From positions 320,001 to 384,000 of the forward strand of contig CAWJWJ010000002.1 in NCBI GenBank assembly GCA_963846575.1: 64,000 nucleotides of DNA, given 5' to 3'. The notes below the pieces were generated by a model, which made no database searches, had not been told where the DNA came from, and was given only the letters and a program-made list of their open reading frames with translations. This DNA is from an uncultured Nitrospiraceae bacterium (lineage in GTDB: Bacteria > Nitrospirota > Nitrospiria > Nitrospirales > Nitrospiraceae). The number at the start of each line of letters is the position of its first letter. The stretch's first letter is position 1. Both the position numbers and the translations under genes were made by a program. This document shows, one piece after another, positions 58,721 through 64,000 of this stretch.

Positions 58721-61700
58721 ATGACAACTCTGCCGTTCCATCCCATCATTGCCGAGTGGTTTACGACCCGTTTCTCCTGCGCAACCGATGTCCAGATGCA
58801 GGCCTGGCCTGCCATTCAATCCGGACGTGATGTCTTGATCGCCGCTCCGACCGGTTCCGGGAAAACCCTGGCCGCCTTTCTCTCTTGTATCAATCATCTG
58901 TTTCAAACTGCTCTGGACTGCGCCTTGCGGGATGAGACCCTGGTCGTATACGTCTCGCCGCTGAAAGCGCTCAGCAACGACGTTCAAAAAAACCTCCAAC
59001 AGCCGCTCATCGAGATCGGCCAAGCTGCCATGACAGCCGGCCTGATGCTGCCCGAATTGCGCGTGGTGGTGCGCACCGGCGATACGCCCATGATCGAGAG
59101 GCAGCAGATGCTCCGGCGGCCGCCGCATATTCTCATCACGACACCCGAGTCGCTGTTTATCCTGTTAACGGCGGAAAAAAGCCGGGCGATGTTGAAGACG
59201 GTGCGCACGGTCATTGTGGATGAAATTCATGCCGTCGCTCCGAACAAGCGCGGGGCCCATCTGGCCTTATCGCTGGAGCGGCTGGCGGCCCTCACCGGGT
59301 GTGACGTGCAACGGATCGGACTCTCGGCGACCCAGCGGCCGATCGAGACCGTGGCGGAGTTTCTGGTGGGGCAGCGGCCCTTGCCGCGGGTGATCGACGT
59401 CGGCCACCGCCGTGATATGGATCTTGCTGTCGAGGTGCCGAAAGACGAACTTGGAGCTGTCGCCACCAATGCCATCTGGAGCGATGTGTACGACCGGCTT
59501 GCCGCGCTGGTGGAGGCTCACCGGTCGACCCTGGTATTCGTGAATACGCGACGGCTCGCGGAGCGGGTGTCCCATCATCTGGAGGAGCGGCTTCGCCATT
59601 TGGGTGACGGCGTGGTCGCCGCGCATCATGGCAGTCTGTCGCGCCAGATCCGCTTGTCTGCGGAAGATCGTTTGAAGAAGGGGACAGTGCGCGTGGTCGT
59701 TGCCACGGCATCGCTGGAACTCGGTATCGATGTCGGAACGGTTGACCTCGCCTGCCAGATCGGGTCTCCTCGTTCGATCGCCACCTGTCTCCAGCGCATG
59801 GGTCGGGCCGGCCATTGGGTGCACGCCACCCCGAAAGGCCGGCTCTTCGCAACCACTCGAGATGAGTTGATCGAATGCGCCACCTTGATTCGATCGATCA
59901 GGGCCGGGATGTTGGATCGCATCGAAGTGCCGTCGGCGCCACTGGATGTCTTGTCTCAACAGATCGTCGCCGCAGCAGCCACCCAGTCCTGGGAGGAGGC
60001 GGATTTGTACGATTTGTGCCGCCGGGCCATGCCCTACCGTGAACTGACCCGCCCGGCGTTCGAGGCCGTGCTGAAGATGCTCTCGGAGGGATTTGTCACC
60101 AGCCGCGGCCGGGGGCGGGCCCATGTGCATCATGACGGCATCAACCACCAGATCCGGGGCAGGCGCGGAGCCCGCTTGGCGGGCATCACCTCCGGCGGAG
60201 CGATTCCCGATACGGCGAACTATGCGGTGATTGCGGAACCGGATGGCACGGTCGTGGGTTCGGTGGACGAAGATTTTGCCGTTGAGAGCCTGGCAGGAGA
60301 CATCATTCTGCTGGGCAATACGTCGTGGCGGATCAGGGGCGTCGAAACCGGCAAGATGCGTGTCGAGGATGCGCAGGGGGCTCCGCCGACCATTCCGTTC
60401 TGGCGCGGAGAAGGGCCTTCCCGCACCGCAGATTTGTCTGCGGAGGTCGCCCGCCTCAGGGCGGATATCGACCGTCATCTCGATGCCGATGCGTCATCCG
60501 TGATGCCGTACGCTCCGCCGGTGCAGTGGTTGAGGCAGGAGTGCAGCCTGGACCAGCGGGGGGCGCAACAGGCCGTGGAGTATCTGCTGGCAGGCAAGGC
60601 GGTCTTGGGAACCGTCCCGACGCAGCAGACCATCGTGGCGGAGCGTTTTTTTGATGAAAGCGGCGGGATGCAACTCGTCATTCACGCGCCCTTCGGGGGC
60701 CGGATCAACCGAGCCTGGGGTCTGGCCTTGCGTAAGCGGTTCTGCGTGACCTTTGATTTTGAGTTGCAGGCAGCAGCGACGGACGAAGGCATTGTCCTGT
60801 CTCTGGGAGAACGGCACAGCTTTCCGCTCGAGACGGTCTTTGCCTTCTTGAATGCGAAGACGCTCCGGGAGGTGTTGACGCAGGCCTTGCTGCAGGCTCC
60901 CATGTTCATGACGCGCTGGCGTTGGAACGCCACGCGAGCCCTGGCCCTGCTCCGGTTCGTCGGCGGGAAACGAGTGGCTCCGCAGATTCAGCGCATGCGA
61001 GCCGAAGATCTGCTGGCGGCCGTCTTTCCGGACGCGCTCGCCTGCCAGGACAATTTTCACGGTGAGCGGATGGCGCGACAGATCCCTGACCATCCGCTCG
61101 CGCAGGAAACGATCCGGGATTGCCTCACCGAGGCCATGGATCTGGACGGCCTTACCGCCGTGCTGGAGAAAATCGAACGCGGGGCCATAACCTGCGTGGC
61201 CGTCGACACGCCCATGCCCTCTGCCTTCTGCCACGAGATTCTGAACGCCAACCCCTACGCCTATCTCGACGATGCACCACTCGAAGAACGCAGGGCACGG
61301 GCCGTGGAAATGCGACGCACCTTGCCGCCCGATCTGGCTGCCGGGTTGGGCGCACTGGATCAATCGGCAATCGATCAGGTCATCGAGGAATCCTGGCCGG
61401 TGGTGCGCGATGCGGATGAGCTGCACGATGCTCTCCTGTCATTGGTATGGGTACCGTGCGAACGCATGCCGGAGTGGAGCCAATGGGCACCGTCCCTGTC
61501 CGCGGCCGGCCGGTTGCTCACCCTCCGAAACGCGCAGGGGCAGGAAGGATGGGGGCCCGCCGAATTACGGCATGTTCTTCAGCTCCTCTTTCCCGATGTT
61601 CGAATCGATCCGGACCCGGTCGATGTCGCACCGGCCGAGTCCCTGGAACCTGAAGCCGCCTACGACCGCGTGGTGTTGGGATGGATGGAAAGTACCGGCC

Positions 61701-63043
61701 CCACCACGGCTGTGGAACTGTCGCACAACCTGCGGCTTCCGGAGCCGGTTATAAAGGCCTCGTTTTTCCGGCTCGAAGCCCAGGGTCATCTCTTGCGCGG
61801 CCGGTTCCTGCCTCAGAGAACCATCGAACATTCCGACGGAGCCGCCCTGGCCGAACAGGAATGGTGCCATCGCCGGTTATTGGCGAGGATCCATCGGCTG
61901 ACGATCGGACGCCTCCGCAAGGAGGTCGAGCCGGTGTCGGCCGCGGAGTTCATGCGGTTTCTCTTTCAGTGGCAGCATGCGTCGCCGGGGGCGCGGTTAC
62001 ACGGCGAGGCCGGGCTGCTGGAAATCGCCAAACAACTCGGAGGATTCGAGGCGGCCGCCTCGGCATGGGAACCCCAGATCCTGCGGACCCGATTGTCCAA
62101 GTACGCCCCGGAGTGGCTCGATCGGTTGTGCCTGAGCGGGGCCGTCATGTGGGGGCGTCTGACGCCGCATCCCCGCTTGATGCAGGAGTTGACGCCTGTG
62201 CCGGGCCGGCGGGTCGTGCCGACCAGGGTGGCGCCGGTAAGCCTATTTGCCCGCGAGGATGCCGCAGCCTTGCTGGCCGCAGCCGGGGAAGGGATGCAGC
62301 ATCTGGATATCAGCGCCCGTCTGGGTGGATCGGCTCAAGCGGTCCGGCGGGGTTTGCAGGAGCGCGGGGCCAGCTTTTTCAGTGAGCTGCTCCACGTGAC
62401 GCGTCTCCTTGCATCGGAGGTTGAGGACGGGTTGTGGGAGTTGGTGGCAGCCGGACTGGTCACGGCCGATGGATTCGATAATCTGCGCGCGCTCATCGAT
62501 CCACGGCGGCGGCGGGCAGAGGGGCAGGGGCGGAGTTGCCGCCCGCGCCATGTCGGAGGCCGGTGGTCGCTGTTGAGAACAGGTCAGGAGTCCATCCCGG
62601 TGCCGGGGAGCGGCGAGACAGAACAGCTGGCCCATCGCTTGCTGCAACGATACGGCGTCGTGTTTCGAGACCTGTTGCTGCGGGAGTCGGTGGTTTCGTC
62701 CTGGCGTGATCTGCTGGTCTGTTACCGCCGCATGGAATCCAGAGGAGAACTCAGGGGCGGCCGCTTCGTGTCCGGATTTACCGGTGAACAGTTCGCCTTG
62801 CCTGAGGCGCTGGAGAGCCTGCGGGCGCTCAAGAAACGGCCCGGGACTCAGCAGGAGATCAAAATTTCGGCCGCGGATCCGTTGAATCTGGCCGGGGTCA
62901 TTTTGCCCGGCCCTCGGATCGCCGCGGTTCCGTCGAACTTTGTGGTGTTTCGAGACGGGGTGGTCGTTCGCACCGTGACCGGCCGGGACCGGATCGATCG
63001 TCTGGAACCGTCCTTGGTCGAGGTCGGCCAGGTCGGGGGATAA
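58721..63043 (+). CDS. lhr: Lhr-family ATP-dependent helicase
   Basis: APTGSGKT, SPLKAL, DEIH, LSATQ, HHGSL, QRMGRAGH; C-terminal RGGRFV region. Confidence 0.92.
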   Translation: MTTLPFHPIIAEWFTTRFSCATDVQMQAWPAIQSGRDVLIAAPTGSGKTLAAFLSCINHLFQTALDCALRDETLVVYVSPLKALSNDVQKNLQQPLIEIGQAAMTAGLMLPELRVVVRTGDTPMIERQQMLRRPPHILITTPESLFILLTAEKSRAMLKTVRTVIVDEIHAVAPNKRGAHLALSLERLAALTGCDVQRIGLSATQRPIETVAEFLVGQRPLPRVIDVGHRRDMDLAVEVPKDELGAVATNAIWSDVYDRLAALVEAHRSTLVFVNTRRLAERVSHHLEERLRHLGDGVVAAHHGSLSRQIRLSAEDRLKKGTVRVVVATASLELGIDVGTVDLACQIGSPRSIATCLQRMGRAGHWVHATPKGRLFATTRDELIECATLIRSIRAGMLDRIEVPSAPLDVLSQQIVAAAATQSWEEADLYDLCRRAMPYRELTRPAFEAVLKMLSEGFVTSRGRGRAHVHHDGINHQIRGRRGARLAGITSGGAIPDTANYAVIAEPDGTVVGSVDEDFAVESLAGDIILLGNTSWRIRGVETGKMRVEDAQGAPPTIPFWRGEGPSRTADLSAEVARLRADIDRHLDADASSVMPYAPPVQWLRQECSLDQRGAQQAVEYLLAGKAVLGTVPTQQTIVAERFFDESGGMQLVIHAPFGGRINRAWGLALRKRFCVTFDFELQAAATDEGIVLSLGERHSFPLETVFAFLNAKTLREVLTQALLQAPMFMTRWRWNATRALALLRFVGGKRVAPQIQRMRAEDLLAAVFPDALACQDNFHGERMARQIPDHPLAQETIRDCLTEAMDLDGLTAVLEKIERGAITCVAVDTPMPSAFCHEILNANPYAYLDDAPLEERRARAVEMRRTLPPDLAAGLGALDQSAIDQVIEESWPVVRDADELHDALLSLVWVPCERMPEWSQWAPSLSAAGRLLTLRNAQGQEGWGPAELRHVLQLLFPDVRIDPDPVDVAPAESLEPEAAYDRVVLGWMESTGPTTAVELSHNLRLPEPVIKASFFRLEAQGHLLRGRFLPQRTIEHSDGAALAEQEWCHRRLLARIHRLTIGRLRKEVEPVSAAEFMRFLFQWQHASPGARLHGEAGLLEIAKQLGGFEAAASAWEPQILRTRLSKYAPEWLDRLCLSGAVMWGRLTPHPRLMQELTPVPGRRVVPTRVAPVSLFAREDAAALLAAAGEGMQHLDISARLGGSAQAVRRGLQERGASFFSELLHVTRLLASEVEDGLWELVAAGLVTADGFDNLRALIDPRRRRAEGQGRSCRPRHVGGRWSLLRTGQESIPVPGSGETEQLAHRLLQRYGVVFRDLLLRESVVSSWRDLLVCYRRMESRGELRGGRFVSGFTGEQFALPEALESLRALKKRPGTQQEIKISAADPLNLAGVILPGPRIAAVPSNFVVFRDGVVVRTVTGRDRIDRLEPSLVEVGQVGG

Positions 63044-63078
63044 CAGGCGGCCTGTGCCTGGGGAGAGGTTTCTGCCGC

Positions 63079-63933
63079 TCAGATGAGCGGCGCGGGAATC
63101 GCCAAGAGGGGACAGCGTGCCCCGTGCAGGACACGCTCGGTGGTGCTGCCGCGCAGCATGTCGAACAGGCTATCCTGCCCCTTCGTCGTCATCACAATCA
63201 AATCCACGTCGAACTCCGCACCGGCCGCCAGGATCCATTCCACCGGATCACCTTGACCAAACAGCTGGTTCCAGGACCAGTCTGCCTTCTGTGGCAACAC
63301 CAGGTTTTCCATGCCCGCTTTCTCCCCGGCATGGACCAGCGTCAATGTGACAGGCAGAGCGTCGAGTTTCGAAATCAGCGAGGTGGCGACATCGATCGCC
63401 GGTTGAGACGGGGGATCCGTCGAAATGGGTAGCAGCAGGCGATGGAGCGATGTCTGCCCGGTAGCGAGCGAGACGAACCCCTCCACATGGGAAGGCACGA
63501 ACAACGTCATCACATGCACTTCGCGTGAGACCGGTTCTGCGACGGGGTGATGGCCCCATCGAATAAAGCCCTCATGCTGATGCGTGGCCAACACCATCAA
63601 GTCGGTCGGGGAGGCCGTGAGATGATGGATAATCGCCTGTTTAGGATCGGCAGCCAAGGCGCGCACTTTTTTGATGCCGATCCCGAGCCGCACGACGTCG
63701 CTCTTGGCGCTGGACTCCGGGAGCAGCCCCCACGACGCGAGCGTCGGGCGGATGCGAGGGAAGTCCTCGAATCCTTCCGGGGCCACGGTGGGATCCACAT
63801 GCATGATCGTCAGTTCGGCGCGGTGGACCAACGCCAGTTTGAGAGCGTGGGCGAAGGCGACCTGGCTGTCTTTCGAAAAATCCGTGGGATGAAAAATGCG
63901 GTGAACGGGTCGTGGAGCGAGCGTCGGGTTCAT
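63079..63933 (-). CDS. Universal stress protein, two USP domains
   Basis: IFHPTDFS, DLMVLATH, DLIVMTTKG, GSTTERVL, CPLL. Confidence 0.9.
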   Translation of the reverse strand: MNPTLAPRPVHRIFHPTDFSKDSQVAFAHALKLALVHRAELTIMHVDPTVAPEGFEDFPRIRPTLASWGLLPESSAKSDVVRLGIGIKKVRALAADPKQAIIHHLTASPTDLMVLATHQHEGFIRWGHHPVAEPVSREVHVMTLFVPSHVEGFVSLATGQTSLHRLLLPISTDPPSQPAIDVATSLISKLDALPVTLTLVHAGEKAGMENLVLPQKADWSWNQLFGQGDPVEWILAAGAEFDVDLIVMTTKGQDSLFDMLRGSTTERVLHGARCPLLAIPAPLI

Positions 63934-64000
63934 GTCGATATCGATCTCCGGTGAGGTGCTGGTGGGTACATGGCGACCGGCCGTGATTAGCGACGCGTCG

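Noticed and set aside
1..64000. CRISPR array, tRNA/rRNA, IS element, prophage or defence island
   Set aside because: No spaced direct repeats, RNA gene signatures, transposase, integrase or phage genes recognised by eye; Lhr and MutS2 are ordinary repair/housekeeping genes

Overview
GC-rich bacterial chromosomal segment with about 60 protein genes; gene content and small secreted hypothetical families suggest Nitrospira or a relative (inference). No rRNA, tRNA, CRISPR array or mobile element was seen. Housekeeping genes: mutS2 3' end, queG, thiI, trxB, coaE, a DHH-CBS tRNA nucleotidyltransferase, pxpBAC, lhr and a USP. Best candidates for undescribed systems: (1) 0.56-14.7 kb, an envelope signalling island bracketed by two inward-facing kinases with paralogous Cache-type sensors sharing a His/Met/Cys/His/His motif. 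It encloses secreted orphans, a DUF3365-type c-heme protein, an apparently circularly permuted HtrA-type protease fused to a non-catalytic FGE domain, and a CHASE2 cyclase-SH3-M48 trio. (2) 34.6-40.8 kb, a DedA / MerA-like reductase / DUF3047 / DUF547 / GT2 cluster resembling the arsenosugar (rSAM/selenodomain) neighbourhood, but with a diiron ferritin-like enzyme and no radical SAM gene. (3) A coupled aminotransferase-cytochrome c-amidohydrolase operon. Also seen: -10 boxes 6-10 nt before start codons (probable leaderless mRNAs), three sigma54 promoters, an operator palindrome and small unannotated ORFs. Family names come from motif recognition, not database searches.
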